A stretch of DNA of 64,000 nt. It comes from Anaeromyxobacter sp. (GTDB lineage Bacteria > Myxococcota > Myxococcia > Myxococcales > Anaeromyxobacteraceae). The notes under the pieces are model-generated. The model made no database searches. It was not told the origin of the DNA and was given only the letters and a program-made list of their open reading frames with translations. The stretch covers positions 1 through 64,000 of the forward strand of contig JASGJN010000010.1 in NCBI GenBank assembly GCA_049840735.1. The letters run 5' to 3'. Both the position numbers and the translations under genes were made by a program. Each line of letters starts with the position of its first letter. Position 1 is the stretch's first letter. This document shows positions 25,459 to 34,600 of the stretch, piece by piece.

Positions 25459-25534
25459 TGGCTCCCCAGGCATGACTCGAACATGCGACCCGGTGATTAA
25501 CAGTCACCTGCTCTGCCAACTGAGCTACTGGGGA
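25459..25534 (-). tRNA. tRNA-Asn (GTT)
   Basis: Minus strand TCCCCAGTAGCTCAGTTGGCAGAGCAGGTGACTGTTAATCACC...GTTCGAGTCATGCCTGGGGAGCCA, 76 nt. Confidence 0.97.
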
Positions 25535-25548
25535 ATGGCAGGGCCGGG

Positions 25549-25578
25549 AATCTAGAGAACCGGCCGGGGTCCCGTCAA
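25549..25578 (-). promoter_or_regulatory. Sigma-70-type promoter of tRNA-Asn
   Basis: TTGACG-N18-TAGATT, 14 nt upstream of the tRNA. Confidence 0.7.
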
Positions 25579-25609
25579 GAGGTTCTCGCGAGGTGCGGCG
25601 TCCTTGCGC

Positions 25610-25871
25610 CTACCCCCCCAGCGTCCCGCCCACCAGGCGCGACTTCAGGGCGATGGAGGCGGCCACGAAGCCGGAGAGCTGGCCGTCCTCGAACTGGAAG
25701 AAGGGGTCGTTGTAGACGTCCGGGAAGTCGTGGACGTTGCGGATGTCCTCCTCGGTCAGGCCGGGGCGGGATCCGCTGCGCCAGCGCGAGCACCTTCTTT
25801 TTCTGGTACGCGACCAGCTCCTCCATCACCAGGAGGGCGGCCCTCGCCGTGGCGGGATCGTGGGCAGACAT
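25610..25871 (-). CDS. Small hypothetical protein; +1 frameshift at about 25769
   Basis: Repair gives MEELVAYQKKKVLALAQRIRPGLTEEDIRNVHDFPDVYNDPFFQFEDG. Confidence 0.75.
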
Positions 25872-25911
25872 GGGGCCGGAATGTACCGGACCCGGCCGCT
25901 ATACTCCACCG

Positions 25912-26913
25912 GTGATCCTCCCCGGCTTCACCCACCGGCCCGGCCTGCACTGCGGCTCCACCGCCCTCGTCAACGCGCTGGCGGCCCGCGGCGTGGTGCT
26001 CTCCGAGCCGCTCGCCTTCGGGCTGGGGGCGGGGCTGGGGTTCCACGCCATCCACGCGCCCGGGCTCTCGCCCTCGCAGCAGCTCCTGGGCCGCGCCATC
26101 CACCTCGAGCGGACCGCCTGCGAGCTGCTGGGCGCGCCGGCGGTGGAGCGGACCGCGCCCACCGCCGAGGCCGCGCTGGAGGGCGTGGAGGCGGCCCTGG
26201 CCCGCGGCGTCGCCCCCATCCTCTCCACCGACCTGGCGCTGCTGCCGTACTGGCGGTCGCGCACGCCCTTCGGCGGCCACCGGGTGGTGCTGGCCGGGCT
26301 GGAGCGCGGGCACGACCTGGCGCTGCTCTCCGACACCGGCCACCTCGGCCTGCAGGGCGTGCCGCTGCGCGCGCTCGACGCCGCCCGCGCCTCGCTGGCG
26401 CCGCCGCTCGGCCTCCCGGGCCGGCCCTGGCTGGAGATCGACGCGCCCCCCGCGCCGCGGCCGCTGCCCCTGGTCATCCGCGAGGCGCTGCGCCGGCAGG
26501 CGCGGGACCTGCTGCTCGACGTCGAGGGGGTGGCCGGGGTCTCGGCGCTGGAGCGGTTCGCGGCCGAGCTGCCCTCCTGGCCGGCGCGCGCCGCCGGTGA
26601 GGCCGACCGCGCCTGGACCTTCCGCTTCGCCCACCAGGTCATCGACCTGCGCGGCACCGGCGGCGGCCTCTTCCGCGGCCTCTACGCCCGCTTCCTGCGC
26701 GAGGCGGAGGAGCTCGTCCCCGGCCTGGCGGCGCTGGGGCTGGCGCCGCGCATGGAGGCCATCTCCGGCGCCTGGTCGCGCCTGGCCGCGGGGCTGCGGG
26801 CTGTCGGGGAAGAGGCAGGGGCGGAGGTCCCGGAGGCCCTGGCGGCCGAGGCGCGCGCCCTGGCCGCCGCCGAGCGGCGCTTCTTCGAGGACGTCGCGGC
26901 GAGGGTGCCGTGA
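25912..26913 (+). CDS. BtrH N-terminal/DUF4872-like papain-fold protein
   Basis: GLHCGST (Cys), SEPLAFGLGAGLGF, FGGHRVV (His), LSDT (Asp), GTGGGLFR.LYA.FL. Confidence 0.82.
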   Translation: MILPGFTHRPGLHCGSTALVNALAARGVVLSEPLAFGLGAGLGFHAIHAPGLSPSQQLLGRAIHLERTACELLGAPAVERTAPTAEAALEGVEAALARGVAPILSTDLALLPYWRSRTPFGGHRVVLAGLERGHDLALLSDTGHLGLQGVPLRALDAARASLAPPLGLPGRPWLEIDAPPAPRPLPLVIREALRRQARDLLLDVEGVAGVSALERFAAELPSWPARAAGEADRAWTFRFAHQVIDLRGTGGGLFRGLYARFLREAEELVPGLAALGLAPRMEAISGAWSRLAAGLRAVGEEAGAEVPEALAAEARALAAAERRFFEDVAARVP

Positions 26914-27764
26914 GCCGCGGACCGGCCGAGGGCGCCGCTCGGGCGCGGCTGGCGGAGCTCCTGGCCCGGGAGCCCGTCCCGCTGGCCGAGGCCGCGCTGG
27001 CGCTGGCGCTGGACGAGTACCCGGGCCTGGAGCCCGGCCCCTACCTCGCCCGCCTGGACGCCCTGGCGGCGCGCGTGCGTGCGGCCGCCGGGGCCGGCCG
27101 CGCCGCGGGGTTGCTGCGCGCCCTGCGCCAGGTGCTGCACGACGAGGAGGGGCTGCAGGGCAACACCCAGGACTACTACGACCCGCGCAACTCCTGGCTC
27201 AACGAGGTGCTCGATCGCCGGCTGGGCATCCCCATCTCGCTCTCGGTGGTGACGATCGAGGTCGCGGCGCGCGCCGGGCTGACGCTGGAGGGCGTCGGCT
27301 TCCCCGGCCACTTCCTGGTGCGCTACGCGCCGCCGGGCGGGCCGGAGGTGCTGGTGGACGCCTTCAACGGCTGGGAGCTGCTCTCCGCCGACGAGGTCCT
27401 GGTGCGCGCGCGCGGCGCGGTGCCGGGGCGCCAGGGACAGCCGCTCGACACCCGCTCGCTGCAGGCGGCGGGGCCGCGGCAGATCCTGGCCCGCATGCTG
27501 GGCAACCTGCAGCGCATCTGGGAGGAGCGGAAGGACGACGTGCGGCGCTGGGCCGCGCTCGACCTGGCGCTGGTGGTCGCGCCCGGGCAGCTGGAGGCGC
27601 TGCGCGAGCGCGGGCTGGCGGCGGCCAGGCTGGGCGCCATCGCCGCGGCGCGGCGCGACCTGGAGGCCTACCTGGCCCAGGCCGCCAAGGCGGAGGACGC
27701 CGGCGAGGTGCGCGCGGTGCTGGACGGCCTGGCGCGCGCGGGCGGCGGGTTCCTGTTGAACTGA
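26910..27764 (+). CDS. SirB1/YchA-like transglutaminase-like protein with TPR
   Basis: GNTQDYYDPRNSWLNEVLDRRLGIPISLS, GVGFPGHFLV, ILARMLGNL, RERGL. Confidence 0.92.
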   Translation: MSRGPAEGAARARLAELLAREPVPLAEAALALALDEYPGLEPGPYLARLDALAARVRAAAGAGRAAGLLRALRQVLHDEEGLQGNTQDYYDPRNSWLNEVLDRRLGIPISLSVVTIEVAARAGLTLEGVGFPGHFLVRYAPPGGPEVLVDAFNGWELLSADEVLVRARGAVPGRQGQPLDTRSLQAAGPRQILARMLGNLQRIWEERKDDVRRWAALDLALVVAPGQLEALRERGLAAARLGAIAAARRDLEAYLAQAAKAEDAGEVRAVLDGLARAGGGFLLN

Positions 27765-27771
27765 GGCGCGC

Positions 27772-28092
27772 TCAGCGCCCCTCCAGCGTGTGGAGCCGGA
27801 GCCGCTCCACCGGCTCGCCGCCCACCAGGTGGCGCTCCACGATCTCCGGGACGTCCTCGGGCGTGACGTGCCCGTACCAGACGCCCTCCGGGTAGACCAC
27901 CATGGACGGGCCGTGGGCGCAGGCGTCGAGGCAGCCGGCGCCGTTGGCCCGCACCTGCCCCTTGAGGCCGCGGCGGGCCAGCTCGCCCTTCAGCGCCTCC
28001 CGCACCGCCTCGCCGCCGGCGCCGCAGCAGCCGCGGGGGTCGGAGGCGTCGCGCCGGTTCTCGCAGACGAAGACATGGTGCTTGAAGCGCAT
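27772..28092 (-). CDS. Thioredoxin-like [2Fe-2S] ferredoxin
   Basis: HVFVCEN...GCC...GCLDACAHGP.MVVYPEGVWY. Confidence 0.93.
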   Translation of the reverse strand: MRFKHHVFVCENRRDASDPRGCCGAGGEAVREALKGELARRGLKGQVRANGAGCLDACAHGPSMVVYPEGVWYGHVTPEDVPEIVERHLVGGEPVERLRLHTLEGR

Positions 28093-28137
28093 GCCGCACT
28101 GATAGCGCCGCGCCGGGCCCGGCGCCAGCGCCTTCGG

Positions 28138-28924
28138 TCAGCCGCGCGGGACAAGCTGGCCGCGCGGCACCACCAGCAGCGCGCCGCCGGAGACGCCCAG
28201 ATCCTGACCCACCAGGTGGCCCGAGGCCTCGCTGGTCAGGTAGAGGACCGCCTGCACCACGTCGTCCACCTCGGCCACGCGGCGGTTGGGCAGCGTGCCG
28301 GTGATGGCCGGGCCTACCGTGGCCAGCGCGGCCTCGGCCATGGGGGTGCGGACCCAGCCCGGCGAGACCAGGTTGACGCGCGTGCGCGGCGCGAGCTCCA
28401 CCGCCAGGCTCATGGCCAGGGACTGGAGCGCGCCCTTGGTGGCCGCGTAGTGGCCGTGGCGCGGCTCGCCGCGCTGCCCGGCGGTGGAGCCGATGAAGAC
28501 CACGCTGCCGCGCGCCCCCTGGCCCAGCAGCGGCGCCGCCTCGCGCACCAGGTAGAAGGCGCTGAACACGTTGATGCGGAAGATCTCCTCCAGCTGCGCC
28601 GAGGTGATCCTGGTCGATGGGGGCCTCGTTCCAGATCCCCGCCGAGTGGACCAGTCCGTCCAGGCCGCCCATGGCGCGCGCCGCCTCGGCCGCGCAGGCC
28701 ACGCAGCCGGCCTCCAGGGCGAGGTCCGCACCCACGGGAAAGGCGCGGCCGGGGAAGCGGGCCGCCAGGGCCTCCGCCTCGGCGCGGTGCGTCCGGTACT
28801 GGATGGCCACCCGGCCGCCCTGCGCCAGCAGCGCCTCGGCGATGGCCAGCCCGATGCCGGAGGAGGCGCCGGTCACCAGCGTGCGGCGGCCGGCCAGGTC
28901 GGCGTACTGCGCCAGCACCGTCAT
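28138..28924 (-). CDS. Classical SDR oxidoreductase; +1 frameshift at about 28610
   Basis: TGASSGIG, HSAG, YAATKG, VNLVSPG. Confidence 0.9.
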
Positions 28925-29820
28925 CGCCTGGTCCTCCGCGCGGCCGGCGCGCGCGGCGGGGCCCACCGGGCGCCGTCGAGGATGTCCAGCACCTGGGTGA
29001 AGCTGGAGATGGCGAGCGGCCAGCGCTTCTGCCCCTCGTCGGCCACGTGACGCTGGGTGACGCGCGGCGCGGAGATCACCGCCAGCCGGTCGCGGTACTC
29101 GCGCGACACGTAGGTGCCGTACTCCGCCCAGACGCCCACCGCGCCGCAGGCCTGGGCCACCGGCATGTCCTTCTTGACGTTGTCGCCCACGTACAGCACC
29201 TCGCGCCCGGGGAGGCCCAGGTCGGCCAGGATGCGGCGCAGCCCCTCGGGGCTGGGCTTCTCGGCCTCGCGCGGCAGCTCCACCACCCGCGTGCGCGAGC
29301 GGTAGTGGCCGGCCTCCTCGCGGCGGCGGATCTCCGGGGCCAGGTTCTTCTCCGGGAGCGGGAAGGAGGGGAGGGTGTAGAGGGCGTCGAAGTGCCCGTC
29401 GAGCTTGAGGTGCTTGAGCCGCAGCTCGGCCGCGTTGCGGGGGGCGTCGGTCAGCCCCACCACCGCAACCTTCCGCTCGCGCAGCCGGTCCAGCGTCTCG
29501 CGCACGCCCAGGTAGGGCTTGAGGTAGCGGTCGCGCGCCGCCTTGAAGGCCTGCCGGGCCGGCTCGAGCACCAGCGCGCTGAAGGAGTCGAAGTCGCCCT
29601 CGTAGGGCTTGAAGATCTCCGACTCCTGGATGGCGAAGGGGTACTCGTTGGACTCGTAGGTGCCGTAGACCGCCTTGAGCGACTGGACGATCCGGACCCG
29701 CGGCAGGCCGGTGGTGGCCACCAGCGAGTCCAGCATGGACTCCAGGGCGGGGACGATGAAGTCCACCCACGGATAGAGGGTGTTGTCGAGGTCGGTGACG
29801 ACGGCGCGGAAGCGCGGCAC
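28921..29820 (-). CDS. HAD-superfamily hydrolase
   Basis: DLDNTL motif I, EKPS, YVGDNVKKD motif IV. Confidence 0.9.
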   Translation of the reverse strand: MPRFRAVVTDLDNTLYPWVDFIVPALESMLDSLVATTGLPRVRIVQSLKAVYGTYESNEYPFAIQESEIFKPYEGDFDSFSALVLEPARQAFKAARDRYLKPYLGVRETLDRLRERKVAVVGLTDAPRNAAELRLKHLKLDGHFDALYTLPSFPLPEKNLAPEIRRREEAGHYRSRTRVVELPREAEKPSPEGLRRILADLGLPGREVLYVGDNVKKDMPVAQACGAVGVWAEYGTYVSREYRDRLAVISAPRVTQRHVADEGQKRWPLAISSFTQVLDILDGARWAPPRAPAARRTRR

Positions 29821-29925
29821 GGGGGCATGGTAATCCACCGGGCACCGGATGTGGGCCGAAGCCTCCTGGGGCCCTTGGTTGGACCGGGCCGAGGAGCGGG
29901 ACGCCGGCCCCCGGGGTGGTCTACC

Positions 29926-31626
29926 ATGCGCAGCGTGAACCCTGCGCCGCGCTTCCACATCCTCGCGCCGCTCCCGCCCATCGAGGGCTGGGAGCGCTCC
30001 CTCGCGCTCGATCGCCAGGGCGGCGTGCCGCGCCCGGTGGTGCTCTCCTTCGCGCCGGCGGCGCTGGCGGAGGACGCCGCCCGCCTGGCGGCCCTTAGCC
30101 GCGACGCCGAGGCGGCGGCCCGCGCCAGCGATCCGCACCTGGTGCAGGTGCTGGGGCTCGAGCCGGTCGGCGAGCGGCTGGCGCTGGTGGAGCGGCACCG
30201 CCCAGGCACCTCGCTCCGCGCGCTGCTGGACGAGGCCGGCCGGCTGCCGCCGGACCTGGCCGTCCGCGCCGTGGTGGACGCCTGCGCGGGGCTGCAGGCG
30301 CTGCACGCGCTGGTCCCGGACGGCGAGCCGGTGGCGCACGGCGGCATCAGCGCCGAGCGGCTGGTGGTGGGCGAGGATGGCGCCACCCGCGTCTCCGGGC
30401 TGGGGGTCCACGGCGGCCGCGAGCCGCGCGCCGACCTCCGCGCGCTGGCCGCGGTGCTGCACGAGGCGCTCTCGGGCGAGCCGCCCGGGACCCCGCCGGC
30501 GACGCTGGAGGTCCCGGGGGTGCCGCCCGCGCTGGCGGCGGTGGTGGACCTGGCCCTGGGCGCCGCGCCCGGCGGGCCGTTCCCCACCGCGGCCTCGCTG
30601 GCGGAGGCCATCGCCGCGGCGCTCCCGCCAGCGGCCGGCGGCGCCCTGGCCGCCTACGCCGAGGCGGTCGGCCCGCCGCGCGAGGGGGCCGCGCCGGTCG
30701 CGCCGGCCCCGGAGGCCGTCCCGGAGGTCTCGGCGGAGCTGATCGCCCCTGCCGCGCCGCAGCTGCCCGAGGTCTCGGCGGAGCTCATCGCGCCGGCGCC
30801 TCCGCGCCCTGCGCCGGCCCCGCCGCCTCCGGCCATGGCGCCGCCGGCGGCCGCGGCCCCGCGCCCCCCGGCCCCGGTGCCGGAGTTCGATCCGGGCCCC
30901 ATGGCGCGCGCGGCCGAGGCGCTCGACGCCGCCAGGACCTTCCCGGCGCCGCCGCGCCAGCAGCCCCGCAGCCCCGCGCCGTGGATCGCCGCAGCGGTGA
31001 TGTTCGCCGTGGGCGTGGCCTTCCCGGTGGTGCTGGACCGGCTGCACCGTCCGCCGGCCCCCGCCGCGGCGGCGCCCGCCCCGGCGGCGCCGCCCGTGAC
31101 CGAGGCTCCGGCGCACCCCGCGCCGGAGCGCCCGGCCGCGCCGCCGGCCACGGCGGCAAAGCCCGCGAAGGCCGAGCCGGCTGCGCCCGTCAGGGCGAGC
31201 GCCCCGGCCGCGCCCCGGGCCGCCCCCGAGCCGTCGCTGGCGGTCACCACCGTGCCGGCGGTCGAGGTGGCGGTGGGCGGCAAGAAGTACGGCCGCGCCC
31301 CCGTGACGGTCGCGCTCCCGCGCGGCGACCACGAGCTGCGCCTCACCGACGCCGCCGAGGGGATCGACGTTCGCCGCACCGTGAAGGTCCGGGGGCCGGC
31401 CACGCCGGTCCGGATCGAGCTGGGCCGCGGCTGGCTGGACGTCACGGCGCCGGCCGACGCCGAGGTCCGGCTGGACGGCCGGGTGGTGGGCAAGGGGAAC
31501 GTGAAGGTGCAGCTGTGGGAGGGCCGCCACCGCGTCGAGGTGCGGCTCGGGCAGGCCAAGGTCCAGGAGCGGTTCGAGGTCGCGCCCAACGAGACCTGGA
31601 CCTACAACGTCACGCCGACGCCGTGA
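29926..31626 (+). CDS. Membrane pseudokinase (degenerate Ser/Thr kinase fold) with Pro/Ala linker and PEGA-like domains
   Basis: DPHLVQV, GTSLRALL, HGGISAERL, DLRALAAVLHEALSG; TM segment WIAAAVMFAVGVAF; GRAPV...GDHELRL. Confidence 0.8.
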   Translation: MRSVNPAPRFHILAPLPPIEGWERSLALDRQGGVPRPVVLSFAPAALAEDAARLAALSRDAEAAARASDPHLVQVLGLEPVGERLALVERHRPGTSLRALLDEAGRLPPDLAVRAVVDACAGLQALHALVPDGEPVAHGGISAERLVVGEDGATRVSGLGVHGGREPRADLRALAAVLHEALSGEPPGTPPATLEVPGVPPALAAVVDLALGAAPGGPFPTAASLAEAIAAALPPAAGGALAAYAEAVGPPREGAAPVAPAPEAVPEVSAELIAPAAPQLPEVSAELIAPAPPRPAPAPPPPAMAPPAAAAPRPPAPVPEFDPGPMARAAEALDAARTFPAPPRQQPRSPAPWIAAAVMFAVGVAFPVVLDRLHRPPAPAAAAPAPAAPPVTEAPAHPAPERPAAPPATAAKPAKAEPAAPVRASAPAAPRAAPEPSLAVTTVPAVEVAVGGKKYGRAPVTVALPRGDHELRLTDAAEGIDVRRTVKVRGPATPVRIELGRGWLDVTAPADAEVRLDGRVVGKGNVKVQLWEGRHRVEVRLGQAKVQERFEVAPNETWTYNVTPTP

Positions 31627-31632
31627 GAACCG

Positions 31633-31682
31633 GGCCTTCGACCTCGCGAGCCCTGCGGGCCCGCTACGCCCAGGCCGAACGG
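31633..31682 (-). repeat. REP-like intergenic element, copy 2
   Basis: Minus strand CCGTTCGGCCTGGGCGTAGC-hairpin-GAGGTCGAAGG, between convergent genes. Confidence 0.65.
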
Positions 31683-31736
31683 GGTCGATGACCCGCTCGC
31701 GGCGCCTCGAGGGCACCGCGAGCGGACCGCGTCTCC

Positions 31737-32225
31737 TCAGTGCTCGTGGTGGCCGTCCGGGCCGTGGGCGTGCCCATGCTCCAGCTCCTCGGCGGTCGCC
31801 TGGCGCACGCCGCGGACGGTGACCTCGAAGTGGAGCGTCTTGCCCGCCAGCGGGTGGTTCAGGTCGATGGTGATGGTCTCGAGCCCGATGTCGCTCACGG
31901 TGAAGGGTACCTCCTCGCCGTTCGGCCCCTCGGCGAAGAGCTGCATCCCGATCTGCGGCTGGAAGCCCGGCGGGAAGGCGGTGCGCGGCACCTGCTGCAC
32001 GCCGCTGTCGTCCTTCTCGCCGTAGCCGTCGGCCGGCGCGACCACCACCTGCTTGGCCTCGCCCGGGCTGAGCCCCTCCAGCGCGGACTCGAGGCCGGGG
32101 ACGATCTGCCCCTCGCCGTGGAGGTAGGTGAGCGGGTCGCCCGGCTCGGACTTGTCCACCACCTCGCCGTCGCCGAGGTGCAGCGAGTAATCCAGCTCGA
32201 CCACGCTTCCCTTCTCGATCTTCAT
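31737..32225 (-). CDS. slyD: FKBP-type peptidyl-prolyl isomerase SlyD
   Basis: LTYLHGEGQIVPGLE, DLNHPLAGKTLHF, His-rich tail. Confidence 0.96.
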   Translation of the reverse strand: MKIEKGSVVELDYSLHLGDGEVVDKSEPGDPLTYLHGEGQIVPGLESALEGLSPGEAKQVVVAPADGYGEKDDSGVQQVPRTAFPPGFQPQIGMQLFAEGPNGEEVPFTVSDIGLETITIDLNHPLAGKTLHFEVTVRGVRQATAEELEHGHAHGPDGHHEH

Positions 32226-32316
32226 GAAGCTCTCCCGTGGGCCCTGATGCCCGGCAACCGTCATTCTCCGTTCCGGGACCGGAGGCAAGGGAAAACGGGC
32301 CGGGCGTCCGGCCGCA

Positions 32317-34599
32317 TCACCAGTACCCCCAGCGGCGCCGGAGGATCCACTCGGCCGACAGCACGGCCGCCAGCGCGGCCAGCGCCCACCAGCGGTCCCA
32401 GATCGGCACCTCCTTCCGCCGCCCGATCTCCACCACCTCCGGATCGGTCAGCTGCAGGTCGGGGAGGTCGCCGCCGGGCAGGGCCGAGAAGGCGCCCCCG
32501 GTGGCCTCGGCCACGGCCTGGAGGAGCTGCGGGCGCGGCGCCGCGTCGGCGTCCTCCGGGCCGGCGCCGTGCACGGCCACGGCCGCCGTGGCCTGATTGG
32601 TCGCGCCCTCGGCGGCGGCGACGATCTTGTACGCGCCCGGTCCGGGCGGCGTGAGCTCGATGCGGGCCGAGCCGTCGGGCCCGGCCACCGCCTCCCCCTT
32701 CGCCACGGTGCGCCCGTCGTCGTCCACCAGCGCGGCCGAGACCTTGCGCCCGGCGGCGGGGCCGAAGTCCGGGCCGCGGGAGGAGACGGTCACGCCCACC
32801 GGCGCCCCGGGCTCCACCGCCGGCGCGTCCGGCTCCACCTGGAGCGGCGCCAGCGCGGGGTCCTTCACCAGCCAGCGCAGCGCGCCGTTCCAGAACCGCT
32901 GGTAGGCGCGGCCGCCCTCGCCCGACTCGGCGGCCAGGAAGCCCCAGCGCCAGGAGGCGTCGGTGGTGATGGCCAGGGTGCGCCCCTGGCCCACCTCGCG
33001 CACGGCCACCAGCGGCGCCGGTCGTCCCTCCACCTGCACGGCGGGCGCCTCCAGCAGCACGGCCGCGCCCGCGCCCGGCGGCAGCGCGCGGGTCAGGTTC
33101 ACCGCGGTGATCGGCGGCAGGGCCGACCAGAGCGCGTCGCTGGCCCCCTCGCCCGGCACCAGCGCGGTGACCGGGTGGCGGCGCCCCTCCGGCGTGAGCC
33201 GCAGCCGCGTCTCGCCCTCGGCCTCGCCGCTGCCGTCGAGCGGCGCGACCGGCAGCACCTCGGCCAGCGCGGTCTCGCCGTAGCGCCCGTCGCCGAAGCT
33301 CTGCTCGCCGCCCACCATGGCCAGCGCCCCGCCGCCGCGGACGTAGTCGCGCAGGTTGGGCAGGAAGCGGTCGATCTCCAGGCCTCGGTACGGGCCGTAG
33401 GCGAAGTTGACGAACACCACCGCGTCGAAGGTGTGGAGCTGCTCCCCGAAGATCTCCGAGACCGGGAAGGGGATGAGCGAGAGCTGCTCCTGCGGCCCGG
33501 GCGTGTCGGTGTTGGAGCGGAGGATGAAGAAGCTGACCAGGTCGACGTTGGGGTCCTGCTTGAGCAGGCCGCGAAGGAAGCGGACGTCCCAGCTCGGCCG
33601 CCCCGCCACCAGCAGCACGCGGACCCGGTCCCGGATCACCCGCAGCACGAAGGACCGGCTGTTGTTCTCGGTGACCACCTCGCCCGGCAGCACCGGCGCG
33701 GCGACCGTGAACTGGGCGGTGCCGGTCCGGTCGGGCGCGAAGGAGAGGGACACCTCGTAGCGGTCGCGCCCGGGCTCGAGGCGCAGCCGCGCCGTGGCCA
33801 CCACCTGCCCCTCGCGCCGCAGCACCACCGGCACCTCCTCGCCGGAGAAGCCGCGGGCCCGCACCGTCACCTCGACCGTGGTGGTGCTCCGCACGAAGGC
33901 GAACTCGTCCACCGCCAGCCGCTCGATGGCCAGGTCGCGCGGCGCGTCTCGCCCCACCGCCACCGCGTTGACCGGCAGCCCCAGCGCGCGCAGCCGGGCC
34001 GCGGCCGGGCCGGAGAGGCCGTCGGCCAGCGCGCCGTTGTCGGCGCCGTCGGAGACCACCAGCGCGCCGGCCAGCCTGCGGGTGGAGCCGCCCGCGCCGG
34101 AGGCCACCGCCTCCAGCGCCGCCAGCAGGTCCGTCCGGCCGCCGCGCGGCGGCAACGGGGCGGTGGCGGCCGCAGCGCCGGTCGCGGCGGCGTCCCCGGA
34201 GAAGGTGTACCACTCGAGATCGACCCGATCCCGCAGCCGCTCCAGCTCGGCCCGGTGGGCGGCCAGGAAGGCCGCCGTGGCCTCCGCCCGCGGCTGGCCC
34301 TCGGCCTCGACCGGGAAGCCCATGGAGCGGGAGTCGTCCACCAGCACCGCGAACCGGTTCCGCACGCGGGCGGTCTGCATCAGCTCCACCGCCGGCTCCA
34401 CCAGCAGCGCCACGGCCAGCAGGGCGGCCACGGCGCGCAGGCCGAGCAGCGCCGCCTTGCGCAGCGGCCGGGCCTCGGCGGCGAGCCCTCGCAGCGCCAG
34501 CGCCGTGACCACCAGGGCCGCCAGGGCGAGCAGCGCCAGGGCCCAGTGCGGGAGCGGGGAGAGGGCGGTGAGCCGCCAGGCGTTGTAGCTGCCCTCCAC
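32317..34599 (-). CDS. Membrane protein with vWA-like and class I glutamine-amidotransferase-like domains
   Basis: VLVDDSRSM, VVSDGADN, ENN, RVLLVAGRPSW, C-terminal EWILRRRWG. Confidence 0.8.
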   Translation of the reverse strand: MEGSYNAWRLTALSPLPHWALALLALAALVVTALALRGLAAEARPLRKAALLGLRAVAALLAVALLVEPAVELMQTARVRNRFAVLVDDSRSMGFPVEAEGQPRAEATAAFLAAHRAELERLRDRVDLEWYTFSGDAAATGAAAATAPLPPRGGRTDLLAALEAVASGAGGSTRRLAGALVVSDGADNGALADGLSGPAAARLRALGLPVNAVAVGRDAPRDLAIERLAVDEFAFVRSTTTVEVTVRARGFSGEEVPVVLRREGQVVATARLRLEPGRDRYEVSLSFAPDRTGTAQFTVAAPVLPGEVVTENNSRSFVLRVIRDRVRVLLVAGRPSWDVRFLRGLLKQDPNVDLVSFFILRSNTDTPGPQEQLSLIPFPVSEIFGEQLHTFDAVVFVNFAYGPYRGLEIDRFLPNLRDYVRGGGALAMVGGEQSFGDGRYGETALAEVLPVAPLDGSGEAEGETRLRLTPEGRRHPVTALVPGEGASDALWSALPPITAVNLTRALPPGAGAAVLLEAPAVQVEGRPAPLVAVREVGQGRTLAITTDASWRWGFLAAESGEGGRAYQRFWNGALRWLVKDPALAPLQVEPDAPAVEPGAPVGVTVSSRGPDFGPAAGRKVSAALVDDDGRTVAKGEAVAGPDGSARIELTPPGPGAYKIVAAAEGATNQATAAVAVHGAGPEDADAAPRPQLLQAVAEATGGAFSALPGGDLPDLQLTDPEVVEIGRRKEVPIWDRWWALAALAAVLSAEWILRRRWGYW

Positions 34600-34600
34600 G

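Larger units (their letters stand above)
22551..25471. mobile_element. Decayed genomic island (about 2.9 kb) integrated at tRNA-Asn
   Basis: 13-bp direct repeats, serine recombinase fragment, fragmented ORFs, visibly more A/T at codon third positions than flanking genes. Confidence 0.75.
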
